Origin: Octopus vulgaris
Lineage: Eukaryota
NCBI GenBank assembly: GCA_951406725.2
Contig: OX597827.1
Span: 37,386,001 to 37,450,000, forward strand
Length of the DNA stretch: 64,000 nucleotides
Reading direction: 5' to 3'
The position numbers and the translations under genes are program-made. Each line of letters begins with the position of its first letter. Positions within the stretch are counted from its first letter, which is position 1. Below the pieces are notes generated by a model. It was not told where the DNA came from. It ran no database searches and saw only the letters and a list, made by a program, of their open reading frames with translations. Of this stretch, positions 14,089 to 28,289 are shown in pieces.

Positions 14089-16238
14089 AAAGTTAATCCA
14101 AACAAGAAAACAAAAAAGACAACAACGCGAGGATGTGGAACAATTAAAGTATTATTAGGCGCTCAGGAAAAAAGGGAAGAAGGAGGGTATGACGTTTCAA
14201 GCGGAGCTCTTCGCCGGAAACATAGGAGAAAGAAAGATCCTGAGGTGGGAGGACAGAGGAAAAAAAAAATGCAAGTGGTCTTCACGAGGTCAACATACTG
14301 GAAAGGCAGAAGTAGTAAACAAGAGAGTGCAGGTTTTCAAAGACAAGAGAGCGGAAAAAGAAGGAAGGTAAACAAACAGTGTGCGAGATGACAAGGGTGT
14401 GTGTATATGGTGGGCGAGGGCGAAGGCTAGCGAGTGACAGGTCAGAAACACGAAGGAATGTGTGTGTGCTTGTATATGTCTCGTGTGTGTGTTTAGTTGT
14501 AGTATGTGTGTGTACGTGTGCGTTTTTTTGTGTGTATGGCGAGTAACTGTGCTTAACTAAGTGTATGTGTGTGTGTGTGTGCTTATATGTGCATATATGT
14601 ATGATTGTGTGCATGTATGTATGTGTGCGCATGTTTTGGTGTGCGTATGTATGTGTGTGTCTGTGCATTTATGTGTATACGTTATGTAAATGTGTGTGTG
14701 GGAGTGAATGTATGTGCGTGTGTGTACAAAATGTAGGGGTATTATATGTGTGTGTATATATATGCATGCAAGGAAACACTTTGCAACTGAAGGAATGATG
14801 GAAAATACTCCCGCGGTGACAGGCATAAGAGAAACCCAGGCACAACGCGCCGGCCCCAGACAGGAACCCGAGATATAGCCAGAACCCACAGGCGTGCGTG
14901 CATGCATGTATGTATGCGTGCGTGCACGCGCATGCATGTGTGTGTGTATGTATGTGTGAGTGTGTGTATGTGTGTCCATATGAGTGTGTAAGTGTATGTG
15001 TATGTGTATGGGTGTATGTATGTGTGTGTGTATGTATGTGTGTGTGCATGCGTGTGTGTGTGTATGTATGTGTGCATGTATGTGTGTGTATGTATGTATG
15101 CATGTGCGTATGTGTGTGTGTGTGTGTGTAAGTATATGTGTATGTATGTAGGCGTGTGTGTATAGGTGTATGTATGTATGGGTGGGTGTGTATGTATGTA
15201 TGTATGAGTGAAGGTATGAATGTAAGTATGTGTGTACGTATGTTATGTATGTATGTATGTGGGAGTGTAGGTGTGTGTATGTATGCGTGTGCGTGTATAT
15301 GTGGGTGTGTATGTGCACACGTGCATGCATGCATGTGTGTGTGTATGTATGTATACACACACGAAGCACGGTCACACACACAACACAACGCATGCATATG
15401 GGGCCAACCCCACCCCAAGCCTGTCCCAAAGCGCGCGCGCGGACCCCCGAACACCCACACCACAAGAACCGAGGTCCATCAACCCCTCAACCCAAAAGAA
15501 AAGGGGTGCGCTTGGATGCAAATATATGTATGTGTGCGTGATGTGTGTGTGCATGTGTGTGTGTATGTATGTATGTACATATGTGTATGTATGTGTGTGT
15601 GTATGTGTATGTGTATGTATGTGCATGTTTGTGTGTGTATGTATGTATGTATGTGTGATTAAATGTGTGAATGTATGTAGTATGTGTGTGTGTGAACAGG
15701 CGTGGGGGTGTGTATAGGTGTGGAAGTGTGTGTGCGTACGTGTAGGTAAGTAGGTTGTGTGTGTGTGGTGTGTTGGAAGTAGGTATGTAGGGGGGTGTTC
15801 GTGGATACGTGGGTATGCAGGTGTGTGTTTTTCCGGAAAAAAAAACACTAAGAGGAGGGGGCTGTGTTGAGTCCGTGTAGGGTAGTAGTTTGTAGGGTGA
15901 AGATGTAGCGTTGCTCCAAGTGGAGCCTAGATAGTGGACGACCGTTGTGTGGGGCGAGACCAAACACAGATGTCATCGGGGGAATGGCTGGCTGAGCAGA
16001 AGTGACGTGCGACGGGAGAAAAAGATCGTAGGCGAACGTCCCTCAGATGTTCGGCGAATCGGTCTGACAAACGGCGTCCCGTCTGTCCTATATACAGCAT
16101 TCCGCAGAGGTTGCATTTAATACAGTATATGAGGCCAGACGAAGTGCACGTAAAAGAATGTCTGATACGTACAGTTCGCTGGTTGGAGCCGGTGACAGCA
16201 GTGGTGTTGGTGATGAAGGGGCAGGTGTTGCAGCGGGG
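14089..16238 (-). mobile_element. 5'-truncated Penelope-like element: GIY-YIG endonuclease, microsatellite-rich 3' region and terminal repeat
   Basis: [40 protein letters not shown] (~15930-16238); degenerate hammerhead at 14187-14221; same 3' terminus at 54358-54447; both ends in (TA)n. Confidence 0.8.
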
Positions 16239-16253
16239 TATATATATATATAC

Positions 16254-16296
<43 letters not shown>

Positions 16297-16343
16297 TATA
16301 CACATATATATATACATATATATATACATATATATATACATAC

Positions 16344-16402
<59 letters not shown>

Positions 16403-16417
16403 AATATATATGTGTCT

Positions 16418-16730
16418 GGAGGCACAATGGCCCAGTGGTTAGGGCAGTAGACTCGCGGTCGTAGGATCGTGGTTTCGATACCCAGACCAGGCGTTGTGAG
16501 TGTTTATTGAGCGAAAACACCTAAAAAGCTCCACGAGGCTCTGGCAAGGGGTGGTGGCAATCCCTGCTGTACTCTTTCGCCGCAACTTCTCTCACTCTTT
16601 CTTCTGTTGGCCTGCTCGCTTAGCCAGCGGGGTGGCGTCATTTGATGGCTAATACAATGCGAAGCACATTGTGACCAGCGATGTGTAGCGACATCTGATA
16701 GCCTGGTCGGTCACGGGGATCACGGTGATA
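16418..16730 (+). mobile_element. tRNA-derived SINE (related copy at about 42435-42710)
   Basis: A box TGGCCCAGTGG and B-box-like GGTTTCGATACC. Confidence 0.7.
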
Positions 16731-17041
16731 TTTATATATACTTGCTGCATGCCCTGACATGTGTGGAGTGCAGCAGATGTATGTGTTTTATATGTATCAG
16801 TCTGAGTCTAATACTTGTGTAACAACCAGTGCAAAAGTTTAACCGTAGCATCACAATTCGGATGATGTGTAAATCATCCAATGACCAGCCAACCAGGTCG
16901 CAGATGGTGGAAATGCCACATCCATGGTCACAAATTTGTCTGCAATCAAAATCCTTTATTTCTAATTTAAAAATAGTAAAAGCTTAAAGGCTGAGTGGAT
17001 CTGAGGATTTTTAGCATTATTAGTTTTATAAAGATTCACAG

Positions 17042-17063
17042 TTCAAATCCAGTCTAGGATCAT
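17042..17063 (+). CDS. Putative 22-nt microexon of RING gene copy 2 (FKSSLGS)
   Basis: ttcacag|TTCAAATCCAGTCTAGGATCAT|gtgagt, paralogous to 2231-2252. Confidence 0.4.
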
Positions 17064-17484
17064 GTGAGTATCAAGTCATAAGACACTTGATTGTTTGGGG
17101 ATTCAACCAACAACAGTATAATGCTCATAGAAACATTATCTATATAATACTTTTATAAGACTGAAGGATTTCAGCCTATTAATTTCTCAAATGTTACTTG
17201 ATCTGTCATCTTATTATCTTAATTGATATTTACTTGACCCAATTATCATTTAATTATGATCTTAAGAACAATTCCAGAAATTTTATTAAAGAAATGTTTT
17301 CTCCTCATTACATAAATATTATGGTATCATTAATTCACCCCATCACCACTGCTTATAATCATGATATCAGGAACTTGACTTATATTCTTTTATGTGGCTA
17401 GCAACCCTAGGTAATGTTCCTAAATAACAGTAATGTTAATATTGTAATTAAGACATTTAAAGAAATTCCATTTATTTATTTCAG

Positions 17485-17824
17485 GAAAAGTGATAAGCCA
17501 CGCTCAATAAATAGGAACCCAAGAAGATACCAAAATGCTTCAGTGAATTCCACTGCCCGAAGTTTGGATAACTTCACAAATCAGCTAAACAACTGTAGTT
17601 TCCGTGGAAACCACAGGTCAGTGGCAACTCCTAAAGGGACAAAAAACAGAAATGTGAATGCTTCTGGGGAACGCAGGGATCAAAATCAAGAATGTCAAAT
17701 TTGTTTCCAGACATTAACATGTAAAAAGACTCTGAATTGCAATCATAGTTTTTGTCAACATTGTTTAGATACCTGGTTACTCATAAAAAAATCTTGTCCT
17801 TTATGTCGTGCACCAGCACACTAA
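17485..17824 (+). CDS. Terminal exon encoding a C3HC4 RING finger, copy 2 (paralog of 2688-3027, possibly decaying)
   Basis: CQIC..CNHSFCQHC..CPLC intact; tttcag acceptor ending at 17484; part of a ~1.1 kb duplication. Confidence 0.65.
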
Positions 17825-17882
17825 ACTATACAAGAACTGATCCAGAAATATTTGGATACTTCTATCCGTAAATCTGTGATTG

Positions 17883-17913
<31 letters not shown>

Positions 17914-18534
17914 TTTCTACAAGTTGTTGAGTGTACATATGATCCAAGGTGACATCATAGGATAATTGAGAGGCCCAACCACTATAAGTGATTAAGACTC
18001 TACTACTTTGAGCTCTTTATCTGGGAGTGAATAAGATATAGATGCTGAGGTCACTTTGGCTGTTGACTCTGTTCTGTTCTTATACTATATATATATTTAT
18101 ATATATATATATATACATCTATCTATATGTGTTTATGCATATATGTTTATCAATGTTTTTATAAACCAAGCTTCATTGTGTTTATCTGCATCACTATCTC
18201 CATATAAGCTCACTGAGATTTCTTTTATAGCCTCTCTTGAACCTGTGACCCTAGTCCTTGATAAAGATTTATGACTTTATGTTCAAATCATTTTGAGCAC
18301 TGCCATGGGTTTTCTGTACTGAACATCTCCAGTTTTCACCTCCTGTGTGTGTGTGTGTGTGTGTGTGTGGGAGGGGGGACAGGGATCATAGATGAGTTCC
18401 AGATATTCTCCGTATAGAAGACACTTATTAGTGCTCAAAAGATTTAAACTTGAGCAGGTAGAGAAGGAAATGTAGGGATAAGCAAATTAGACAGATCAGT
18501 ATATAAAGTATATTAAATACATGAAATACGAAAA

Positions 18535-19930
18535 ATCATCACCATTGTTTAACGTCCGTTTTCTATGTTAGCATGGGTTGGATGGTTCGACCGGGGTCTG
18601 GGAAGCCAGTAGGCTGCACCAGGCTCCAGTCTGATATGGCAGTGTTTCTACAGCTGGATGCCCTTCCTAACGCCAACCACTCTGTGAATGTAGTGGGTGC
18701 TTTTTACGTGCAACCAGCACAGGGGCCAGAGAAGCCTGGCAACAGCCATGATCAGTTGGTGCTTTTTATGTGCCACCGGCATGGAAGCCAGTCAAAGCAG
18801 CGCTGGCATTGGCCACGTTCAGATGGTGCTTTTACGTGCTGCTGGCACGGGTATCACAACTACTATTTCCATTTGATTTTTATTTTGATGTTGATGTACT
18901 TGACTCAATAGGTCTCCTCAAGCACAGCAGGTCGCCCCATGATCCAAGGTAAGCACAGGCACAGCAGGCTGTCCTGCAATCCAAGGTACTTTGAATGGGC
19001 TGGGGCTGGTTGAGTGAAGCTGGTATAAGATACAGCCATGAACTCACTTCATTGTTGGGTCTTCACAGTCACAGCATATCTCCAGAGGTCTCAGTCTTTT
19101 GTCATTGCCTCTGTGAAGCCCAACGTTCGAAGGTCATGCTTGACCACCTCATCCCATGTCTTCTTGGGTCTAACTCTACCCCAGATTCCTTCAACTGTTT
19201 GGGAGTGGCACTTCTTCACAAAGCTATCCTCATCCATCCGTAGTACATGACCATACCAGTGCAAACGTCTCTCTTGCATGCCACATCTGATGCTTCTTCT
19301 GTCCAACATTTCTCTCAGGGCACTTACACTCTGTCATGTGTGCACACTGACATTACACATCCAGCAGATCATGCTAGCTTCATTCCTTTCGAGACTATGC
19401 ATGTCCTCCACAGTCACAGCCCATGTTTCACTGCTGTAAAGCATGGCAGTTTACGCACATGCGTCGTACAATCTACATTTCACTCCGAGGAAGAGACCCT
19501 TTGTCACCAGTAGGGGTAGAAGCTTTCTAAACTTTGCCCAGGCTATTCTTATTCTAGTGGTAACACTCTCTGAGCATCCACCCTCCCCACAACTAACTTG
19601 GTCACCTAGGTAGCAGAAGCTATCAACTACTTCTAGTTCCTTCCCCTGGAGTGTGATGGAATGTTTTCTGAGTATCTGTTGTGTCTATTGCCCCTGTGCA
19701 TCTGCCACACATGAAAGCTTTCTTCTTGATTAATTTTCCTTTGACGTTGCTGCACCTCTTATGCGTCTATAGCTTACACTGGGTACATCTTATGGAGTTT
19801 CTGCCTACACCTTTTCTACAAATCGAGCAGGACCACCTACCTGAAGGGGTGTGTGATAAGTTCGCCTTCCTACTTACTAGAACTTTGGTCTTTGCTACAT
19901 TGACTCTAAGGCCTTTTGATTCTAAACCTA
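18535..19930 (-). mobile_element. RTE-clade LINE 3' part (RT C-terminus and 3' UTR)
   Basis: RRLHWYGHVLRM..GRVRPKKTW motif; 3' UTR shared with the 11295 and 31840 copies. Confidence 0.85.
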
Positions 19931-19995
19931 GCTATTTTGTGCTAGACCACTGGTAATAATAATTTCTATAATTCTTATTACCCTAATATTATATA

Positions 19996-20381
19996 AGGTG
20001 TTCTTCCATCAGGATAATGCTCGGCCACATACAGCAAAGATGACATTCCAAAGCAGTTTGAATGAGAAACGATGCTCCCACTCACCATATTCACCAGACA
20101 TTGCCCCATCTGATTATCATTTATTCCGCAGTCTTCAAAATCATTTGAACAGAAAAAATATGAATTTTGTAGACGATGTCAGAACAGTAATGGAAGAGTA
20201 TTTTTTGTCACAGACAAGTGAATTTTGGAAGAGGGACCTTGCAAGTCTATCAGATAGATAGAAGAGCATTGTAGAAAATGAAAGAGAGTATATTTTAAAT
20301 TTAAAAAGAACTGTGTATCTTAATTTTGAAAAATAAAAAAAGCATTAAAAAAAACTGCATTCTTTCTGGGATGACCCAATA
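19996..20381 (+). mobile_element. Mariner 3' fragment with right terminal inverted repeat (TIR)
   Basis: FHQDNARPH and SPYSPDIAPSDYHLF motifs; ends ...GACCCAATA. Confidence 0.85.
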
Positions 20382-20744
20382 TCTCTCTATATATAAATGG
20401 CAAAATGTCTGTGTGTGTGTCCTTTATACAAATCCACAAATTTTCAGTTACAGGGCTCACACTTTCTATGGTCTTTCAAACCTGTCCAAGGCTGGTTGTG
20501 CACATCTTTACATTTCCCCAGTCACCCTGCAAAGCCATTAAAAAGATCAATAGAAGTGACTTTTTTGTGAATTTTCTATCCAAAACCCAATCAAAATGCC
20601 TGAAATTTGATACGCCTAATGAATGCCAGCTAGCTGTATGTGATTGGTTGGAGATTTGGACAGTACTCACGTGTATGTGTGCACGCACGCAGCTGTATAT
20701 GCATGCACTAGCACTGACCCGGCGTTGCCAGGTCATAGTGCTAG
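20382..20744 (+). mobile_element. Non-autonomous Helitron inserted at the mariner end
   Basis: A|TC start, hairpin TGACCCGGCGTTGCCAGGTCA, CTAG|T end. Confidence 0.75.
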
Positions 20745-21297
20745 TATATATATAAATCAGGGATATTGAAATAAGTAGGGATGGAGATGTTTAATGTTAA
20801 GATATGAGGAAGACTACATGTATAATGGCAAAAGACCCAGTTGTAGTGGTGATGTCCAGTGTGGGTTAGAATAAGATTGGCAAAGGGAGTGAGGTGGTGT
20901 TTAAGGATTGCAGAAAAGATAGAGAAAGCCATCTGGCAATAGCATTTTAACATAGTGATTGAAGCATGATGTGAAGTGGGAAGTATTCAAACGGAGTAGA
21001 GGAGTAAGAGAGATCGAGGAATAACTTTGACAGGTTATAATGTTGCCAACTATAAAAGTTATATTGCTTTCAAATTTTGGCACAAGGCTAGTAATTTAGT
21101 AGGAGGGGATAAGTTGATGACACCGACCCCAGTGCTCAACTGATACTTATTTTATCAACTCTGAAAAGGATGAAAGGCAAAGTCAACCTTGGTGGAATTT
21201 GAACATAAAGATGGATGAAATGTCGCTAAATGTTTTGCCCAGCAGGCTAATGGTTCTACCAGTTGACTGCTTTGTGCTATAAAAGTAACACTGAAAA

Positions 21298-21513
21298 GGG
21301 CGGCGAGCTGGCAGAAACGTTAGCACACCGGGCGAAATGCGTAGCCGTATTTCATCTGCCGTTACGTTGAGTTCAAATTCCGCCGAGGTCGACTTTGCCT
21401 TTCATCCTTTCAGGGTCGATAAATTAAGTACTAGTTATGCACTGTGGTCGATGTAATCGACCTAATCCGTTTGTCCCTTCTATGTTTAGCCCTTTGTGGG
21501 TAATAAAGAAAAA
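21298..21513 (+). mobile_element. tRNA-derived SINE with a perfect 20-bp TSD
   Basis: Head GGCGGCGAGCTGGCAGAA..GAGTTCAAATTCC; TATAAAAGTAACACTGAAAA at 21278-21297 and 21514-21533; relatives at about 22072, 52652 and 61560-61792 (minus). Confidence 0.85.
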
Positions 21514-22358
21514 TATAAAAGTAACACTGAAAATATAAGTTCATTGGGAGTAGATAAAATATCAAGTTGGAATAAAGTGAAGTATAATGGATTAAGACAA
21601 GATAAAACAAAGTAAATATATTAATTCTATTTAGCTAGTGTTTAATTTAAATAGGTAATATATAAATTAAAAGCTAGGTGAAGAGTAAAAATACAATAAT
21701 AGTCACAATAGGAATTAAGTGGTATAAGGCAATTTAAGACAACAGTAAAATAAAGTAATTATACTAACTTAAATTTGAATAAGTGAAATAAGCTTATGCC
21801 ATTTCTCAAATGTTTAAAAGAAAGTAATTATACAGAAGGACTCATCTTATTGTACTTAGATTTGTGGTAAAATTGAAAGGTTTTAAAGAATTTATGTACG
21901 CAAGAAGAACGAATGCTTCGTGTTGTTTGTTAATTAACTCTGTTGGGTTATGTTATAGTATTTATAATGAAAAAAATATTATTATTTAAATGCTAAGGGA
22001 AATAACTCTGAGTCATTGCGATAGTGTTGACGTTTCACCTCTACCATGACAACATTATTTCTTCTTCAAGAAGGTGACGAGCTGACTGAGTCGTTAGCAT
22101 GCCGGTAAAAATGCTTACCAGCTTTTCGTCCGTCCTTACATTCTGGGTTCAAATTCTGCCTAGGTCGACTTTGCCTTTCATCCTTTCGTGGTTGATAAAA
22201 TACGTACTAGTGAAACGCTGGGGGGGGGGGGGTCGATGTAACCGACTAGTCCCCTCTCCCATAATTTCAGGCCTTGTGCCTTCAGTAGAAACTGTTATTT
22301 CTTCTTCAAGTATATGTCTGAAAGCTGAGTCAACAGAGAGTATGAAATCTCCAAGCAG

Positions 22359-22752
22359 GGATCTTTTCGGTTTGAACGGTATCGTATGAAATTGTCACCC
22401 ATAATTATGACCCTAGTATCGATCTATTGCATTTCAATTTGTTTTAGGGTTAGGGGTGAGGGGAAGGATATCTTTTTTCCTTCACAAATGTAAATAAACC
22501 CAATCTGTTTCTTAAACGAGCGACATATTCATACGGCACAGAATGTTTTTTACCTCAATAGACGTCACTGATTGGTTGAAATTGCAGAAATTGAAGAAAA
22601 AACAACAACAAATATCTTACAAAACAGAATTTTCTCAGTAAAGCCAGGAGAAAAACATGTTTTATAAACACATTCTACCAGTATACGAAGTTTAAAATTT
22701 TTTAGTTACCTAGAAATTATGTTAAAAACTGCCGTTCAAACCAAAAAGATCC
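22359..22752. mobile_element. MITE with ~21-bp TIRs and an 8-bp TSD (Merlin-like)
   Basis: GGATCTTTTCGGTTTGAACGG ... CCGTTCAAACCAAAAAGATCC; TSD CCAAGCAG/CCTAGCAG. Confidence 0.75.
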
Positions 22753-24404
22753 CCTAGCAGTTTAAATGCACAAGTCTCTAATAGCCAAGTGGCTAAAAAA
22801 TGTCAGCAAGAAGGGTATCCAGGAGTCATGACCTGGATGTTATAGAGCCCTCTTAGAGAGCATGATGTTAAGGGCCATAACACTTGCTTGAGTGGGATGG
22901 GGTTCTTCTCTGAAGACCTTCTGCTGTTCAGCTGTCTTGAGAGTTTCTTAGCACTCTGTATAGATTATTTCAAGTGTAACCAACACAGAGCATTTTAGCC
23001 CTAGTACAGAGAACCCAAGTCAAAAATGGACCAAATTAGAGCGTATGGTATATTATTTTTCTTAAAGTAGTGTATGTGGTCAGCAAGAAAAGTAGATTTT
23101 CTGTGTTTTTCATATTTAAAAGAGCTCAAATGTGCTGAGTGTCGTTCCTTAAAATTAATGGTAGCTCCAACGTAAATCTTGACAGAGTTTTGTTATTTTT
23201 CAAGACCAAGCACTTGTAAATAATGTTATATATTAAGCCGAGTCGAAATTTTATATTTTGATTTCACATATTGGTGTGAGAAATAAATTAACAAATTTTA
23301 ATAAGTATGCACTCACCCCTACCCCTTGCATAGCCACCCCCACTAATTCTGCGTTTTGAATACTGAAACTGTAACTGTAAACTTTTTTTAATGCTATTAA
23401 CCTTGTATTGGTTAAATATTACCTATGTAACGTTTTATAGATTATATGCAACCCCACCAACACCTGAACAAAAACAGTTATTGGAATCTTTACTTATTTA
23501 TATAGTTTGTATTTTTTTAAATTCAAAACGCCTATACAATAATCCCTTGCCATATTGCAGTTCACCTATTGTGGTTTATCATTTAAGCTAACGTTGATTC
23601 CTCTGTGGTGTTGTTTAGCATTTATAATAAAATAAATATATGCAAATTATAAAAATAATTTTAAAAATACAGTACTACTGTTTCTACTTCACGGATTTTC
23701 ACCTATCACAGGGATTTGGAATGTAACATCCACAATAGTTGAAGGATTACTGTATTCAGAAAAACACTTTCAACATTAAAAAAATGTAAATTTAAATGAC
23801 AATGATGATGTGCAATAAAAAAAAATCTATGCGCACACACATACACACGCTATATTTGTATATAGCGTATAAAATAGATGTAAAATAACGACACACACAC
23901 ACCTGTACAACTACAGAACTGAATTGTAGCAAATTATATAAATTATAAAAACTTTTATATTAAATAAATTTTCTTTTTATAACACAGTACTACAAGTGAC
24001 TAAAAAATTGTTAAAAATATAAATATTTTTCAATTTCTTTTTCTCCGTAAAAGAACAAAGAATTCAGCAGACAAATTGGTTAATAAAGAAACATTTCTTT
24101 TTTTTTAATTAATATTTTACTTTGTTAATTAATGACCAGCTTTGTGGTTAGTGTATCAGGTCATGATTCCCAGGAGTGCATTGTGGCCTTAAGCAAAACT
24201 CTTTATTTCTCATTGCTCCAGTCGACTCAGATTGCAAAAATGAGAATTTGTAGCTGTAATTCAATGGGGTCCAGCTTTGTCACACTCTGTGCCATGCGGA
24301 ATCTCTTTGAGAACTATGTTAAGGGTACACATAGAAAATCCGTCACAATGAACTCCACCAAACCCATGCCAGCATGGAAAAGTGGATCTCATACCTACTT
24401 TACT

Positions 24405-24790
24405 TTACTTTTACTAGTTTCAGTCATTTGACTGCGGTCATGCTGGAGCACCACCTTTAGTTGAGCAAATCGACCCGGGACTTATTCTTTGTAAGCCCAG
24501 TACTTATTCTATCGGTCTCTTTTGCCAAACCGCTAAGTGACGGGGACGTAAACACACCAGCATCGGTTGTCAAGCAATGCTAGGGGGACAAACACAAACA
24601 CACACACACATATATATATATACATATATACGACAGGCTTCTTTCAGTTTCCGTCTACCAAATCCACTCAAGGCATTGGTCGGCCCGAGGCTATAGCAGA
24701 AGACACTTGCCCAAGGTGCCACGCAGTGGGACTGAACCCGGAACCATGTGGCTGTTTAGCAAGCTATTTACCACACAGCTGCGCCTATGT
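24405..24790 (-). mobile_element. Abundant SINE family with an internal TA/CA tract
   Basis: Same sequence at about 32670-33092 (-), 44880-45280 (+), 52905-53308 (-) and 60560-60990 (-). Confidence 0.85.
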
Positions 24791-27700
24791 TGTTATTATT
24801 ATTAATTATTACTAAATGTGAATGATTTCTAACTCTGATATTAATAATTAATTGTCAGGTTGTTGTTGTTTAGTCCCAAATTTGATTTGATGCAACTTAA
24901 ATGTTCCGACAATTTCGCAACAAAGGGGAGATGACTCTGTTAGATTCTCCACCATCCATGTTTTAACGTCCACTTTTCGTTGCTTGTATGGGTCAGACTG
25001 AGTTTATTGAGGCAGATCTTCTACATCCGGATGTACTTCCTGTTTCCAAGCAAGATAATATTTCTCCAAGGCCGGACATGTTTTTCACAGAAAACTAGAA
25101 ATGAACAACATAGTTCTTATGCCAGTGATAACCATTTGTAATTACAGCATCCTCTCTAGGCAAAGTAAAATCAGACACACACATATTTCATATTTGTTTC
25201 AAAATATAACATTGGCTTATGTCTGTTTCAGGAGTTTCCTTTAAAATCTATCTGGAAAATGAAAAATATGTTCTGTCAAGAAGAAGAAAAACGAAGAATT
25301 ACAAATGGCCAAATCTTGTTCTTGTTTATAGTTTCTGAGTTGTTTTAAAATATTTTGGTTGCTATTTCTGTGTAACACTACAACCATAGTGGATGGAACC
25401 AACTGCAGAACACAATATTATCATCATCATCGTCATCATTTAACATCCATTTTCTATGCTAGTATGGGTTAGATGGTTTCACAGCAGCTGCATCTGGCTC
25501 CAGTCTGTTTTCGCATGGTTTCTACAGCTGGATGCCCTTCCTAACACCAACCACTTTACAGAGTGTATTGTGTACTTTTTATGTGGCGCCTTGGTTTTAG
25601 GATTCTAATTGCTGTGGTGGGTGGGTCTTGAGTCATCATCACCAACATTAGTTTCACTTTCACTTTCCAGTCTCACACACATCAAATGGGTTGTCACTGT
25701 CCAAGTTAGTTCTTTGGAGTTACTCTCCTCCGAGATGGTTCACAGCATTATATTTCACTCATACCTTTTATTTTTGCTATGGTTAGAGATTTTCCAATGG
25801 AATTTGTAGCTGTGATACCAACGCCGGTGGCACGTAAGAGAACCATCCGAACGTGGCCGTAGCCAGCGCCGCATTGACTGGCCTCCATGCCGGTGGCACG
25901 TAACTAACACCATCCGATCGTGGCCGTTTGCCAGCCTCGTCTGGCACCTGTGTCGGTGGCACGTAAAAAGCACCCACTACTCTCATGGAGTGGTTGGCGT
26001 TAGGAAGGGCATCCAGCTGTAGAAACACTGCCAGATCTGACTGGCCTGGTGCAGCCTCCTGGCTTCCCAGACCCCGGTTGAACCGTCCAACCCATGCTAG
26101 CATGGAAAGCGGACGTTAAACGATGATGATGAACCTCAAATGAAATACATGAACAGTGATCACCATAAAATAAGCATTAATAGTATTTACTATCTAATTA
26201 AATGACCATTGTCTTTTTCAGTCAAAGTGAACTAAACTTTGTCTTGCTTTCTGTACATTTAATATGGATTTGTGCCTAGTTTGACTTCAGAAGCTTTTGT
26301 CACTAAATTGATAGCATGCTCGAATCTTTTGATCCTCCAAAATCTTTTGTAGGTTGCACAGATTGGCTCTTCTCAGGAATTCCGAGTTTATGATTCTGCT
26401 CTGGTGTAAGTAATCTTGAGTGTTTTGCATAGACATCAATGGTAGAATGCATTCATCTTCTGAGTGATCATGGCAGTCATTTTACAAATCTCTCCGGAGT
26501 ACAGGACAATGTTCTGGTGCATAAACAACCCCTTACAATTTCTAACACTACACCACTCTTCCTAACAATAATTTCTAACACAGGCACAAGGCCTGAAATT
26601 TAGGTGAGGTGATTAGTTGATTAAATAAACTTGAGTGCTTGACAGGTACATTATTCTATTGACCCTGGAAGTATGAAAGGCAAAGTTGGCCACAGTGGGA
26701 TTTCAACTCAGGATGTTAAGAGCCAGAAGAAATACCGACAAGACTTTTTGTCTGCTGCACTAATGATTCTGTTAATCTACTGCCCTAATAATAATAATTG
26801 TTTCTAATTTAGGCAGTAGGTCAGGAATTTTTTAAGGTGAGGGTGTTAGCCAATATTCACACTAGTACTTTATTTTATCAACCCTAAAAGGATGAAAAGT
26901 GAAGTTAACCTTGGTAAGATTCGAATCCGGAACTGGTACTTTACTTTATCAACTCCAGAGAGATGATGATAATGATTACTATATAAATAAATAAATAGAT
27001 AAAACATAAAAAAGTTGATATACTTAAATCATTTTATTCAAATGTGATTAAATAAGAATTTAAGAAGAATAAGACATACATAAGCAAATGTATAATGAAT
27101 AACAGTTCTTCAAATATACAGAGTGGAGTCAAAGGAGTCATGATCAAGGACCCAATACAACATCCACAATGGAATACAAATATGTGGTCTGAAAACTAGT
27201 AGGTCCTTGTTGCAATTTACATTAAACTGACTTTGGTTGGATTTGAACTCATTACCACAACACATCATCTGAAGATATTAAAACTATAACCAATTGAAGC
27301 CTTCTTCTGCACCAATTTTACAGCTGCTCTAGAGAATTTGTTGTAGAATGACTGAGTAAATATATTTGTATATCTTTGTGCTTATCAGCAATAGAGGTTT
27401 AAAAGGAAAAGGTCCTACTAATAGGACTTAAATTGAGGCTTTGGGACTAAACATCAATAACTAGCTAACAGACTGTCACATTGTACCTCATGACGCATAA
27501 GAGGAGGTCAGAGCGTGCAGTATGACCCCAGATAGATAGAAACATAGTAAAACAGATTTGTCACACCTGGTTGTTGGGGGTCTCAACCTGCATGCAAGAG
27601 GCCTGTTCAATCAGGGGGGATAAACTGGGGTTACACAAGTGACTAACGAATATTTGAAAATTAAAAAAAAATTATAAGCTCAGAGAAATAATTTAACATA

Positions 27701-28289
27701 GTAAGTTAGAGGATATGTGATTGATACTTGGATGAGTTTATCACATGTTGATCATGTTTAATAGCCACAGTAAATTATTGGAGCAAGGTATCTGTGTAAG
27801 AGACTACACTGAAGTATCAGGAAGACAGCTGTGAAGTAAGTTAATTAACTGGAAATAATTTATATTGTGTCCAAATACAATAGCAAGGTACCTGAGAAAC
27901 TGACTAGGTTCTTAGTAAGTTACCATAGCAAGATAAATGGAGATGAAGGTAGAAGGGAGTGGGAAATGTAACAAAAGCACAACAGTAAACTGATGTGAGA
28001 TAGTGAGATTGTGGCAAGGTAGCAGCATCAAAGCGGATTATGAAAATGATTTACTAGGGTGTTATGACTAGAGAGGTAAGATGGTACAGTGGAGAAGTGG
28101 TTAGTAACCACTTCCACATAACAGCAAGTTATCACATAAATATAGCTCAGTGATGTATTGTGGTAAAGTAATCCCAGACAAAGTTTTTGACACAAAAAGA
28201 AGAAGGAAAAGGTGTCAAGTATAAAAATAACTTTTTGTTACAAACCGGTTTGTCACAGAAGCAGTTCCACTAAATATAAATTATTTAAT

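Noticed and set aside
15395-15510. T-depleted, C-rich patches inside the microsatellite region (also about 14800-14890), suggestive of edited retrocopies
   Set aside because: No parent sequence in the window for comparison; low-quality consensus in low-complexity DNA explains it equally well.
16418-16490. tRNA-like sequences (also at about 21298, 28570, 42435 and 44880)
   Set aside because: They are SINE heads continuing into repeated bodies; no complete cloverleaf was supported.
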